From positions 353,585-417,584 of the forward strand of contig NIVC01000119.1 in the NCBI GenBank assembly GCA_002269645.1: a stretch of DNA of 64,000 bases, read 5' to 3'. This document shows positions 49,787 to 62,639 of the stretch, in pieces (the stretch's first letter is position 1; each line of letters starts with the position of its first letter). This DNA comes from Macrostomum lignano. Lineage: Eukaryota. Below the pieces are notes generated by a model. The model saw only the letters and a list, made by a program, of their open reading frames with translations. It searched no databases and had not been told where the DNA came from. The position numbers and the translations under genes were made by a program.

Positions 49787-50319
49787 CTGCTAGGTGTAAT
49801 AGCCAGCAAATGTTGCTGCTGCAAACTCTCCAGAATATGCCGCTGCTCATTGGCCCGATTGTAGAACTTTCGAGACAGAAACGCGGTAACGTCGGTGTGA
49901 CCTTTGTCTAGAAACCACTGCACAGCAACTAAAATGCCAGTTGGATCAAAGAACCGATTGCCAGTGTACATGAAGCCGCACTGGGGACCGTCGATAACGA
50001 CCGTTCTCAACTGGCTGGGATCGACTCCTTCGGGCGGTTTATCGGGTATGTAGGCTCTGCCGGATGCCAGACAGGCCGCTCGAGCTTGCTCTGGTGAGAG
50101 CTGCTGCACCATACCGATGGGAGTGGGCAGCAGAGGCATCGTGCGAGATTGCTGCTGCTGTTGCTGCAGTTGTTGTTGCTGCTGCTGTTGCTGCAGTTGT
50201 TGTTGTTGCTGCTGTTGCTGCAGTTGTTGCTGCTGCTGTTGCTGCAGTTGTTGTTGCTGCTGCTGCGGCTGTTGCGCAGTATGTCCCAAGTGTCCGGTTG
50301 ATGGAGCCTGCGACCGAGT
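49787..50319 (-). CDS. N4BP1: N4BP1/KHNYN-like, exon 3 (polyQ + NYN/PIN N-terminal half)
   Basis: Acceptor aatcctgcAG|ACT, donor AG|GTGAGG. Encodes LRTVVIDGPQCG...GILVAVQWFLDKGH...LAITPSR. Confidence 0.9.
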
Positions 50320-50374
50320 CTGCAGGATTGATTCAAATATGGCAACTCGAATAGGAAATGATGTGAGATGTGAG

Positions 50375-51105
50375 AATGGCATCTCAATGGAGATATAATG
50401 GCATCTGAGTGAAGAGATAATGGCATCTGAGTGAAGAGACAAAGGCATCTGAGAAAAGAGATAATGGCATCTGAGTGAAGAGACAAAGGCATCTGAATGA
50501 AGAGACAAAGGCATCTGAGAGAAGAGATAATGGCATCTGAATGAAGAGACAAAGGCATTTGAGAGAAGAGATAATGGCATCTGAATGAAGAGACAAAGGC
50601 ATTTGAGAGAAGAGATAATGGCATCTGAGTGAAGAGATTTTGGCATCTGAGTGAAAAAACAAAGGCATCTGAGTGAAGAGATAACGGCATCCGAGAGAAG
50701 AGATAATGGCAGCTAAGTGAAGAGATAATGGCAGCTAAGTGAAGAGATAATGGCATCTGAGTGAAGAGATAATGGCATCTGAGTGAAGAGATAATGGCAT
50801 CTGAGTGAAGAGATAATGGCAGCTGAGTGAAGAGATAATGGCAGCTGAGTGAAGAGATAATGGCATCTGAGAGAAGAGACAAAGGCATCTGAGAGAAGAG
50901 ATAATGGCATCTGAGTGAAGAGACAAAGGCATCTGAGTGAAGAGATAATGGCATCTGAGTGAAGAGATAATGGCATCTGAGTGAAGAGACAAAGGCATCT
51001 GAGTGAAGAGATAATGGCATCTGAGTGAAGAGATAATGGCATCTGAGTGAAGAGATAATGGCATCTGAGTGAAGAGATAATGGCAGCTGAGTCGAGAGAA
51101 GAGAT
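50375..51105. repeat. 22-bp intronic minisatellite (gagataatggcatctgagtgaa)
   Basis: Head-to-tail units. Confidence 0.95.
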
Positions 51106-51161
51106 AATCTAAGGGTTCAGGGAAGGACACTACATAAAAATTGATAATTAGCTTCACTAAC

Positions 51162-52007
51162 CGGAGGCGAAGGCCCTCGAATCGGCGAAGGCCGTCGAAC
51201 AGCCGAAGTAGACGTAGACCCAAACGTCTGTCCGTAGCGAGCAAACGGAATGGAAGATGGTATGGCTGGTGGATCCTGATCCGATGGTCTGTCAATGCTG
51301 ACAACCATCAAGTCATCATCGTCTTCAGGAGCAGCAGAAGTAGCAGCAGCAGCCGCAGCCGCCGTGCTGCTAGGACGATTTAAATTACTATTATCATCCT
51401 CGTCATCATCAATATCGATGTGAATAGATCTATCGGCTATATTATTAGTAGCACTATTATTAGCTTCTGTAGCTGTTGTAGCAGTAGTTGGCGACGATGG
51501 CGGTGACGGAGAATCAATCACTATTGGTGTCGGTTGTTTTCGCCTCTGCCGAGGCTGAGGTGGCTGCTGCTTAGTAGAGTTGAGCCGTGGGTTGCTAGGT
51601 AGCAAGGGTCGGAGCGGAGGCGAGGCCTCAAAGATTCTAGCAATGCCATCATCGTTAGTAGGCAGCAAGGAGTACGCTCCCGTGGCAGAGGCCAAGTAGC
51701 CGCTTACTAACGGACCCGAAGGACCCGAAGTAGAAGCAGCCAAACCAGGAGCAGGTCCTAATCGCTTAGCAATGGGCTGCTCGTCTGTTTCCATAGCAAC
51801 TGGCGGTCCTAATCGTTTACTAATATTTTCTGACAAAATGTTTAAACGGCCGGTAGTATTAGTTTTTGAATTCGAACTATCTGCTTCCATAGATTCGCAC
51901 AATTCCAGTTGTGGCAGGCCTTTGCCAATGGGTTGAAGACTGTGCTGGGCTCCAGTTAACCAGTTGAAAACCGCATAGGTAAGAACTGTGCTTTCGGTAA
52001 CTAGCTC
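51162..52007 (-). CDS. N4BP1: N4BP1/KHNYN-like, exon 2 (disordered linker with SIM-like motifs)
   Basis: Acceptor cttaacaacAG|GAG, donor CCG|GTTAGT; 846 nt open, phase 0 at both ends. Boundaries inferred from frame compatibility. Confidence 0.7.
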
Positions 52008-52330
52008 CTGTTGTTAAGGTATGGTATGGTTTCGGTTGAGTGCTCTGGATTCGGGCAAAGCTTGTGTTGTACTAAAACGGCCCTTTTTAGGGCGTTCTTA
52101 ACTACGAATTGGATATACTATCCAGATACTACTTCGCTAAATGCCGAATATACTACTAAACCTAGTGAATACTGCACAAGCTCACACAGGGTGTAAAGCG
52201 GCCCTGACTTCCAATCGGGTCATGCATGTACATTCTCTATGTACCCTTTGAAGGTTCACAGCCATAAGGATTAACTACCTGAGCTGTAAGTGTAAACCCC
52301 GTGAGCTTGTGTATGAGTGCGTGTCTGTGC

Positions 52331-52923
52331 GTGTCTGACATCATAAACCCGAAAAATCACAAACCCGAACTATCATAACTCCGAAATTGCTAGCAACGCC
52401 TATCACAAACCGGAACTATCATAACTCCGAAATTGCTAGCAACGCCTATCACAAACCGGAACTATCATAACTCCGAAATTGCTAGCAACGCCTATCACAA
52501 ACCGGAACTATCATAACCAAGGACAACTAAGGCAACGCATATACAGGACGCGACACTCGAAATCTATTATGGAAATAAAATCATATATAACCAAAGATTC
52601 GAGAGCAGTGCCATGCATTTTTATGATTTTTAGGTACAGGAAAGGTATGTAGAATAAAAAATTAACATACAATCCTAATTTTCTGAACGAATTGCTTTCA
52701 AAACATTGGATCTGCCCCTTATCCAAAGCAATAACAATTTTTGTGCCGAAAAAATGAATACTTCCTATCTTCGTAGTGTATATTTTGGCGAAAAGTGGCT
52801 TTCAAAAACATTTCGCATAGATTTCGAGTGTCGCGTCCGGTATATACATTGGTTTAGTTGTCCTTGGTTGTGATATTTCAGACTTATGATAGGAAGTGCT
52901 TTTCGGGTTTGTGATGGCGACCC
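52331..52923. mobile_element. MULE (Mutator/Ricksha-like) MITE with long imperfect TIRs, in N4BP1 intron 1
   Basis: Left end gtgtctgacatcataaacccgaaaa versus right end (revcomp) gggtcgccatcacaaacccgaaaa. An inner inverted block of about 60 bp ends ggacgcgacactcgaaatctat. A 46-bp subterminal unit is triplicated on the left. No clear TSD. Confidence 0.7.
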
Positions 52924-53040
52924 CACTACTTGTCACGAAAAGATATCGCCGAAAACACTGCCGCATCAGGGTGCCCCACCTTTACATGTATATAACTGAT
53001 AATCATAAATAAATTATTAGAATTACAACAAAAATAATAC

Positions 53041-53562
53041 CTCAAAATTCAAACCGAACTGTTCAATTAAACTTCGAGCAGTTTTCTCCAAAGCTTCCCG
53101 AGGAATCTGACCAGTAATATGTAAACAATGTTTTGCAATGCTTTCCAACGCTTGCACCAGTTTACAGGCGTCATTCTGTTGGCCAATCACTTTAAAATCG
53201 CCAACTGGGTCGTCGAGCTCATCTGTCTGCTGAGATTTCAAATGGCATCTATAGTTCTGCTCTAGTAAGAAGCGCAGAGAACTGTGACTGGACATCAGTT
53301 TAGCCAGAGCCTGGTTAGAAACTTTGCAAAACATGCTGTGCGGCGGCACAGAGCAGACGAGATTAACATAATTGTAAGCGTATTGCAGATTGTCCCCTAC
53401 GCCTGTGCAAGTCACCCATTGCCTGTCGTCTGGCGTACTGGATGGGCCGTCAGAAAAGAATATATCAACCGATTTAACAAATTTCACCAGATAGGGTATT
53501 ATCTCGCTAGATAGCTCTTCGCAATGGCTATTTGGGACGCTGAGGCTTAGCCTGCCTTTCAT
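53041..53562 (-). CDS. N4BP1: N4BP1/KHNYN-like, exon 1 (degenerate KH-like domains)
   Basis: RQWVTCTGVGDNLQYAYNYVNLVCS aligns with N4BP1 RIWLQLCGAQEAVHSAKEYIKGICE. Donor GAG|GTATTA. An acceptor ctctcttatAG lies 12 nt upstream of the ATG. Confidence 0.75.
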
Positions 53563-53861
53563 GCGTAGTCGAGGCTATAAGAGAGCATATATATAATTAA
53601 TATACAGTAGTTAGCTACTATCAGTAGCATACTAGCAATGCGCATATTTAGATTACAGATTAAATAAAGGAGATGATAATTTATGAATACATCGGTACTA
53701 AAAATAGACTTAAATAGCAGTTATATACTCAGTTAAGCAGATAAAAAAGAGAAAACCAGACATTAGACATTTTTATTGACTAAAATTACAGAAAAAATAT
53801 AAACCTTTCCTTTGATTCCATGACCTCTTTCCTATTCCAGAAATTTACGTGGTACTCTTAC

Positions 53862-54310
53862 TAATCCCATAGATCCCCCTGGAGCCCTTACTAATCTCAG
53901 AGATTCCCCTGGAGCCCTTACTAATCCCATAGATTCCCGTGGAGCCCTTACTAATCCCAGAGATCCCCTTGGAGTCCTTACTACTCCCAGAGCTTCCCCT
54001 GGAGCCCTTACTAATCCCATAGATTCCCCTGGAGCCCTTACTAATCTCAGAGATTCCCCTGGAGCCCTTACTAATCCCATAGATTCCCGTGGAGCCCTTA
54101 CTAATCCCAGAGATCCCCTTGGAGTCCTTACTACTCCCAGAGCTTCCCCTGGAGCCCTTACTAATCCCATAGATTCCCCTGGAGCCCTTACTAATCCCAT
54201 AGATTTCCCTGGAGCCCTTACTACTCCCAGAGATCCTCTTGGAGTCCCTACTACTCCCACAGCTTCCCCTGGAGCCCTTACTAATCCCAAAGATTCCCAT
54301 AGAGCCCATA
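53862..54310. repeat. 30-bp minisatellite (ggagcccttactaatcccatagattcccct)
   Basis: About 15 units. Confidence 0.95.
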
Positions 54311-54544
54311 CTAAAATTACCAATTCCCATGAATGATAGCATTTAATAAACAGAATAGTTGAGCATATCTGAACTAGTTACATATGCTTTATTCCAATGA
54401 TAGGAAAAATGACCAATGATTTTACTTGCCTATTTTAAATAAATATGCATTTAAATTTTAAATAAATACTTCAACTACAATGACAATCGATAGATAATTA
54501 ACAATCTCATTTCTGCAAGAAATTTTAAGCTTGATGCCTATACA

Positions 54545-54841
54545 CATACATGCGCAACAGTCGGCCGAGTCGGCCGATCCGGCCGACCGATTTGGCGGCC
54601 AACCAAGAAAGTCGCAAAAACGCCCACGCGAAAAAATACCCAAGTAGTAGTACTAAGTAGCTGACGAGGCATTTTGGCTTAATAAGACAGTCAGAGTTAC
54701 TCCTGCCGTTTACCCAAAGTTGCGGTAATTTTGCTTTAGGGTTTTTTACATGTAAGTCGCATTTTTAGCCAAAAACTACGTCGCATTTTTGTTAAAACTA
54801 AGTCGCACGGCCGACCGAATTTTGGAGGTTGCGCATGTATG
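54545..54841. mobile_element. hAT-type MITE (297 bp), family A
   Basis: 14-bp TIR catacatgcgcaac / gttgcgcatgtatg; perfect 8-bp TSD cctataca at 54537-54544 and 54842-54849. Confidence 0.93.
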
Positions 54842-55358
54842 CCTATACATATAGATGAACAAACTTCCCAATCTATATCAACCACTGTAACTTAGTTTTA
54901 ACAAAAAATTATAGAAATCCAGTTGCAAATCTTTCTTTTTGTTTGCTTTGTTTTATGCTCTTTGTTTATTTTAAAAACTAAGATTTAAAAATCTTAGCCT
55001 CTTTTTCTTCTTTGCCTTTTTACCTTGCTTTTTATATGATATGAACTTAGAATTCAAACACTTAAGTACTATTGTACACATAACCTTGCATTTAAAAATT
55101 GCTATGCAAAAATTGTGCTCCAAGATTGCAGTTTGTTAATATTAAGAAATGATACCTTACCTGGTATGGAGTAGTTCTTTTGCCAATTGTAGTTAATGCT
55201 TTTAAATTCTAAATATTAACACAAAATTCAATGTAGCTCAAAGACATACATTGATAAAACCAAATTTTGAAGATTTAGAAATGTTATTAAAAATACTGAA
55301 ATAGTATACCTTAACTATTTGTATATAGCATAATTTAGGCCTATATCTAAATATAAAG

Positions 55359-55943
55359 CAAGGGTTGGCAAACTCTTGTCTGCAGGCCACATGTGGCCAG
55401 CAAAGCTTTTCTATCTGGCTCTCAGGTCCATTGAAACTTCAAAATAGTAATCTGACCTGCTCAATGTTTGTCTTTTTTCTTTTCTCTCTCTTATCTTTTA
55501 TCCCCTCTCCCCACTCCTTACCACTGTCTATTCTCTTATTCCTCTCCCCTCTCTAGAGATAGCTTCTCTATTCCTTCTCTCCACTATCACCTCTCTCCTC
55601 TATATCCCCTCTTTCTTCTCCCCCTTTCCTTTCCCCTCTTTTCTTCCCCTTTCTTCTCTCTCTCTATCTCCTATTCTCTTATCTCCCTTTCCTCTCTCCC
55701 TTCTATCTCATCTCCCCCCTTTTCTCCCTCTCTCTTCTCTCCTTTCTCCCCTTTATCTCCCTTTCTTCTCTCCCTTTTATCCCCTTGTCCCCTTTCTTTT
55801 CTCTTCCTTCTCTTATCCCTCCCCTGTTTTCTTATCTTGTTTTGTTAATTATATCTTTTATTCCTTTTTTCTCTCAACTAGCCCATAGCCACGAGCTGGC
55901 TTCTTCATCCAACCCTTAAGGTAAAAAAGTTTGTTGACCCTTG
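55359..55943. mobile_element. hAT (Charlie-like) non-autonomous element, family B, with a pyrimidine-rich interior
   Basis: Imperfect TIR caagggttggcaaact / agtttgttgacccttg; 8-bp TSD atataaag / atgtaaag (1 mismatch). Confidence 0.75.
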
Positions 55944-56935
55944 ATGTAAAGCAATATAACTAAATATGCTTAAAGCTTAAACCCTAGCAAGGTTTAATTT
56001 TTATATTTTTGTAAACTTTTCAATTTTTATTTGATAAAAAATAATTATAGAAATGATATGAAATTGATGGTTGGAAAAAATGAAAAGCAAAAAGTCATCA
56101 TATATGCTTAGATAGCTAGCCTATCTACAAAGCAGATTTAGTTCTATGTTTTCCTTATGCAACCTTACTTTAATTCCAAAGTCCATTGTCAAGATACATT
56201 GACACATACACCATAGAACCTATACAAAAATCAAAAGGCTATCATCTATGACCATTAACATGTGCCATTGTCAACTTACTTTCAAAAGAACAAATATATT
56301 AAGAAAAATTGTCCTATTTGCTGTTTATTTATAGAGAATCTAAGCCTGAATAGGCAAGATTGTTTGCACTCTATGCTAAAGAATACATCAAACATGAAAT
56401 TTAAAGTGGAGTTTAGCACTATTAAATTGTTAGTTATTGCTTTTATTGCCAATTTTCCTGCTAAAGCAGAGTTTTTTAATATGCAAAGCTTTAATGCTAA
56501 GTTTGGATATACTACTATACAAAAGGTGTTTATTTATGTGAGTTCCATAAGATGACATTTCTTGGCATAAATTTACTTTCATTCATGAATTTTTTTTCTT
56601 TTAAAATGATGCCAATGACCTGGAATGACAAATAGAAGTTGTCTATGGCTTGTACTAGCCGCATAGAGTTGTTTGGGGCACAAAAATTTGGCTGAGTTTT
56701 ATTGAGCCCTTATTATAGTTTGGACTTTAGAGACTTTGAGACTCTTCTGATTTGCAAATGGCTGGATGGCCTCCAAGACCATTGTGGATTGTGCCACCAA
56801 ATGAAGTTCTACTAGCACAGGCACTGATGGAACTAAATATGAATTCAAGGGATTTGATAGAAGTGACAGTACATACATGTGCAACTGCTGGCCGAGCTGG
56901 CCGATCCGGCCACCGTAAATTGTGGTGGACCAGGG

Positions 56936-57650
56936 TAAGTCGCAAAATTGAGTTGACCAAAAACGAAAAAATGCAAGAGGAAAGAGCAATAAAGGGAAGT
57001 AAAATGGTGAAGCAAAAGAAAAACAAGTTGCAGCAGAAGCAAATTAAGTTGCACAAATGATTAGGTAAGTCGCAAAAGGAGCAACTAAGTTGCAAAAATG
57101 ATTCGGTCAAGTCGCAAAAAGGATTAGGTAAGTTGCAAAAGGATTAGGTAAGTCGCAAAAGGGTTAGGTAAGTCGCAAAAAGGATTAGGTAAGTCGCAAA
57201 AGGATTAGGTAAGTCGCAAAAGGAGCAACTAAGTCGCAAAAATGATTAGGTCAAGTCGCAAAAAGGATTAGGTCAAGTCGCAAAAAGATTAGGTAAGTCG
57301 CAAAAAGGATTAGGTAAGTCGCAAAAGGATTAGGTAAGTCGCAAAAAGGATTAGGTAAGTCGCAAAAGTATTAGGTAAGTCGCAAAAGGGTTAGGTAAGT
57401 CGCAAAAAGGATTAGGTAAGTCGCAAAAGTATTAGGTAAGTCGCAAAAGGGTTAGGTAAGTCGCAAAAGGAGCAACTAAGTCGCAAAAAGGATTAGGTAA
57501 GTCGCAAAAAGGATTAGGTAAGTCGCAAAAGGATTAGGTAAGTCGCAAAAAGGATTAGGTAAGTCGCAAAAGGGTTAGGTAAGTCGCAAAAAGGATTAAG
57601 TAAGTCGCAAAAAGGATTAGGTAAGTCGCAAAAGGAGCATCTAAGTCGCA
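56936..57650. repeat. 20/21-bp tandem array of taagtcgcaaaaggattagg inside the hAT element
   Basis: Roughly 30-35 units built on the AAGTCGCA motif. Confidence 0.95.
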
Positions 57651-57811
57651 ATAAGAGGGAAGTAAGTCACAATCAGAGGCAATCAGGGGGTAGTAGGTGC
57701 AAGTGTGGCAGGAGAGCAAAAAAACAGAATAAAAGCCTTCAACCACAGACAAGATCTTTGAAATCAGCAGCCTATGTCAACAGTTTCCCATTGATTTCTT
57801 TAACTCCGGAG

Positions 57812-58610
57812 CAGGGGTCGGCAAAGTCCAGCTCGCAAAGCCCCTCTATCTGGCCCTCGCCCCTCGGGTTCTTTGAAACTTTCTTACTAGCAAGGTTGGT
57901 GTCTCTTCAACTCTCATCTCTCTCTTCTTCTCTACCTTGCCTCCCCTCTTCTCTCTCTCTCCCATTTCCCTCTTTTCTCTCCTTTCATTTTTACTCTCCT
58001 CTCTTCTCCCCTCTCCTTTCTCCCCTTTTCTCTCTACCCTTTGTCCTCAATGCCCTCTTCTCTCCTCTTATCTTCAGCAAAAATGTGTGCATATTTTCTT
58101 ACTTCAAATTAGAGGGAATAGAAGATTGGAGATAAACAAACAGAGGAGAGGCGAGCGATGCAATGGGAGAAAAGATAGAAGATGAGAGAAAAGCTGAGGG
58201 AGGAGAGAGATGAGAGGAAAGAGGAAAGAGGAAAGATATGATGATGGATGAGATCAGAAAAGAGAGGAAAGAGGAAAGAGGAGAGAAGAAAGGAGATAAG
58301 AGAGTAGACGAGAGAAGAGAGGATAAGGAGGAGATAAGAGGAGAGTGAAGAGAGGAGAGATAAGAGAGTAGAGAAGAGAGGAGAGATGAGATGAGAGAGT
58401 TGAGTGGAGAGAGACGAGAGGAGAGATAAGATGAGAGAGTAGAGTGAAGTGGAGAGACACGAGAGGAGAGATAAGAATGTAGACAGGAGACAGAAGAGAT
58501 AAGAGAGGAGGAAAGAGAGGAGAGAGGAGAGGAAAGAGAGAAGGGATGAGGGATGAGAGAGAAAAGAAAAAGAGGATGAGAAGATTGAGGAAAGGAGAGA
58601 ATTTGCAAAG
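57812..58610. mobile_element. Family-B-like partial element plus CT-rich and GA-rich low-complexity tracts nested in the hAT element
   Basis: caggggtcggcaaag...ctatctggccctcg resembles the 5' end of 55359-55943; no right TIR found. Confidence 0.55.
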
Positions 58611-60392
58611 GCCTCAAATCTTAATTTAACATGCATTTACTCCCATCCTTGTTTGCCTTTTTCCTAACTGTTAACAAGTTTTTGTTTGAGCATGACTTCA
58701 AATTTAAATATCTATGCAAAATAGTTCCGGGAATTGGAATTCAGTGGTTTCAAAATCTGTGGGTTTTCACAGCTTGTATCTCTACTGGATTTGTATTCTG
58801 CATCTGATGAGCCATCTGAATCAGGGCTCTCATCTTCCATGCCAAATCGTCTAGCAAGTGAAATTATTCTTGAGCTATAGGCCACACTGTATTCACTTCA
58901 CTTACTTCTAGACATTCATGAATCATGACTTTTGTCTTTACATGTCTTTACTCATTGTCATCATTACTAATTGCCTCAGGCCGCCACTATGATATACTGA
59001 TTAGCTGTAATAAAAACCGCGAAATCTGCACTAATTAGCTGGCGAGGCATTTAGCCTTTAAAATATGGTCATAGTTACTCCTGCCGTTTACCCACAATTC
59101 TTTGTTTAGCTTTTTTACATAGGTAAGTCGCATTTTTGATCGAAAACTAAGTCGCACGGCCAGCGTAATTTCAGAAGTTGCGCATGTATGTGACAGTAAG
59201 TACTGATGAGACTATAGATCCAAGAGTATCTATGGCGACACCTTCACCTGGGGCCTGCCAAGGCTTTTGGTAGCATTCTGTACTAGATTTGTCATTAGGG
59301 CCTATTACCTAGTTTAGGAATCTGAGACAGTCAGGACTGCATTGAACTGAACTGAGCAATGCTCAGTGCTGTTTAAAAATGTTTCTCACCAGTTGTGTTA
59401 CCAGTTGACATTATGAGCTCAATAAAACTCAGCTGAATTGTTGTGCTCCAAACAAGTCTACACGGCTAGTATGGGCCATAGACAACTCCTATTTGTCATT
59501 CTGCATCATTAGCATCATTTTAAAAGAAAAAAAATTCACAAACAAAAGTAAATTTATATTCATTTCTTTTTCAAGAGCATCAATGTTCCAAGGAATCCTT
59601 TTTGGTTGCTTTGCTTGCCCAGGAAGTGACACTCACTTTGCCCTACCCCCTGATTGCAGCGCATGGGCATTTTGGTGGACGGCGTCTGGCGCAGATTGGC
59701 CTGGCGGCAGCGCGGCGCGTGGCAGCGGCGCGGCGTGGCGTGGCGGCGTGGCAGGTGCTTTGGCGACTGGCGGCAACAAAGGGCCAGGTCAACGTCAATT
59801 GATGCAAGCCATTGACTGACTAATTGAACCAAATCACTGATCCTAGGGACTGGCCTAGCGCGGTACGGGTGGATGTCTGGCGCGGGAAAGGGGGGCGTCC
59901 GGCGCGGTTCAGACCTTGGCTGCAATAGGGCCCCACCCCCTTTGCTATACAAGGTCAGTCTCATTTTTTGAGCTATGTGGAAAAAAGGGTCCAATTGAAT
60001 GACTATAATGTGAAAGGATCTTGAGCAAAAAAATTCTTTAGAAGTATTTATTCCCTAATAAAAATAATATTTAATTTAATAATCTATTATGTAAAAGGAC
60101 AGGTGGGTGCCACTTCATATTGAGATGGCAATGAATCATTTGATTTCCCATTTCAATGCCATACCAAAATTTGAAATTACAATTTAAGATTTTGTAGAAG
60201 GGCCTAGATTTTATTTTACAAAATTATTATTATTTTTAAAAGTTAAATTCTTGCCAAATAACAAATACCATATATTTTTGTTTTAATGTATTATTTTGTT
60301 TCAAAAATAGAAATTTTGTTTTAGTAAGCTGAAATAATTTTGTTTGAGTTAACTGTTGTTTAAATGCAAGATACATGAACCAATAGGACAAG

Positions 60393-60464
60393 ACTTGGTC
60401 TACTTAGCTGCAAGGCTGTCCCAGGGGGACATAGCAGGAAGGTGCGAATGCCTATTCTGCTAGA
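60393..60464 (-). mobile_element. Old, extremely truncated 3'-UTR remnant of the RNase H LINE family at 5449-6292
   Basis: acttagctgcaaggctgtcccagggggacatagcaggaaggtgcgaatgcctattctgctag aligns with acttagctgcagggctgtcccggaggggacacagcgggaaggcgcgggcgcccattccgctag at about 5465-5527. Confidence 0.8.
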
Positions 60465-62639
60465 CTTTGTCTAGGCCCTACTATAAATACAAAGCCAAAA
60501 TAGAACATTTTTCAACCTTTTGTTTTGGGCTCAATACTCAGTAACCTAGAAATTAAGATTTCTCTAGTTTTCTGACTCTGTCATTTAAGCAGGATTGCGA
60601 GTTGGAAATACCATGTTGGATAGAAAGGGCATTTTGCTAGTGCAATTAAGCAGGGATTGCCAAACAAGCGTTTTGCTCAGTAAAAGAAAGGGCAGATAGA
60701 ATAGGAAGATTCCCAAGAAATAGATTCAGGCTATTATAGCTAAGTGTGATGCAGTATTAGTTGGGAGAGACATTATTAAAGCCAGAAACCCCTTGGTTTG
60801 TAGTAACGCCATGTTTGGACTGTATAGTTTAAGAGTTTAGTAGTAGTCAGCAGTGTCTTGCCGCTTGGGCACTAAGCTACCCAGCCCATAGCGTATAAAG
60901 TATAAAGTACATGTAAATATAAAAGTAGGATTTTTAAAAAATAATAGGCTTAATACATTTTCTTAGAATAAGATAGAGGATTTCTAGTACGATTTGGTGA
61001 CAAATCAGCGGGATATTATAAAATAGCAAAGGGGCCTAGAACAACTTGGTGATTCAGCAGTGGAATTATAAGCTAGAAAGTAGAATCACCTGCAACAACT
61101 TGGTATCAGCTGTGGGATCCAGTAGAAATAGAGAGAGACCCGCCTGCAACAATTTAAAAGTTGCAATCGTTTAGCCTTTAGGCTTATTTATATTATATAT
61201 TTTTAAATTTGTGCTTTATTTTGGCAACTGATTAGATCTGTCTAATTTTTTTGCCCTAGCCTAGGCCTACAATTTTTCCTGCCTGAAATCAAATTGGATT
61301 TTACTAATTAAATTAGGCCCTCAGCAGCTCTGCCTCAATGGCTCTAGTGTAGGGCCTATAATAGGCTAGGCCTATATAAAAAAATAAAAAGGTAGCTGGA
61401 CACAAAATTCTACTTACGTTTATAACCTTATGTATATACATATTTAATCAATTAGTTTAGGCTAAGTAAAAGATTTTAGCATCAGCATCTTACTACTACA
61501 AGCCGATTCAGTAATCCTGCATATTGGCTGTTTCTCTGACTGCAAGTTTAATTACGAATAATTTACGATTTTGACTGATAAACATTTTCGGTGTGATTTG
61601 TTTATCAGAAAAGATTTTAACAAATTGTAATTTTAATTTGCGTTCGAAAAAAAGCTAAATAAGCTTGATATAACTAAAATAAGAACTTAATTTTTATGCG
61701 TTAGAATTAGGAAAATATCTGATACAAATCACCATAATGTAAAATGAATAGTTGCAGTATCCAACCCATCCCACGACTTTGAATAGAATTGACGGGCCCG
61801 ACGGAAACCTTGCTCTTTGGTTAAAAGCAGATACTGCAACAGCTGTTTTTTAGTAAATGCCGTTCTATTTGTGATTCTGAAGCTTAGAAACCCAGAATTT
61901 GCCTCTCATCTTCTCTGTCAGTGCAAAAAAACTATAAAAATCAGGCCCAATTCTATGCTGATTTCATTCTCTCCAGAGAGTCTGGAGAGAATAGATTATG
62001 GTGCCATAAAAGGGAAAGATAAGGTTAACCATGTGCAGTGATTATGGTCGCGGTTCAGGACCCCAGACCCTGCTTTTAAGTTTACAGTAATTACTATTCA
62101 GGCGTTGGACACGATTGGCAATTTGACTATATATGGCGTTGGACGCGTAGAGTAAAGTCAAAAGGCGTGGGACGGGCAAAGTGAAGCCTAAGTGAATTCG
62201 GAGGCTTTGGAACGCTGAGAATGAAGCCTGCATGGGTCCGAGGCGTAATTTGGGACGTGTGATAAATTTTTTATGGTTCAGTACAAAATAGTACGATCGT
62301 GTAGCGTAGTGTAGCTTGAACTCCAATCTTTGAGCGTATGGACGTGCTGACTGACAGATATAATACTAGCTACATGTATGGCAACACCGGTACGGAACAA
62401 GACGGAGTGTGAATGCTTATTGACTGGGAACAGTCGAGTACGTAATAAGGGGCCTGGTCTGCTATCTCGTTGCGTCTCTTGTGCTTGTTTCTAGAAAAAG
62501 TTTATTCTGTTTCGTAGTACGTATAATTTTGCCTTTTTTATTGGAGTCTGCATGTCGTTTTTTAAATCTCGTTGAGCGCGGGCTAGGTAGAGCTAGAGGT
62601 AAAGAAGAAATGGTCGAAAAACGGGAGAAGGGGAGAGAG

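Larger units (their letters stand above)
56872..59190. mobile_element. hAT-type non-autonomous element, family A (2319 bp), with an expanded subterminal repeat array
   Basis: TIR catacatgtgcaac / gttgcgcatgtatg; perfect 8-bp TSD tgacagta at 56864-56871 and 59191-59198. Shares the internal block agttactcctgccgtttaccca with 54545-54841. Confidence 0.92.

Noticed and set aside
59630-59945. GC-rich island with short inverted ends (attgcagc / gctgcaat)
   Set aside because: Inverted repeats too short and no TSD; cannot distinguish a MITE from a promoter.
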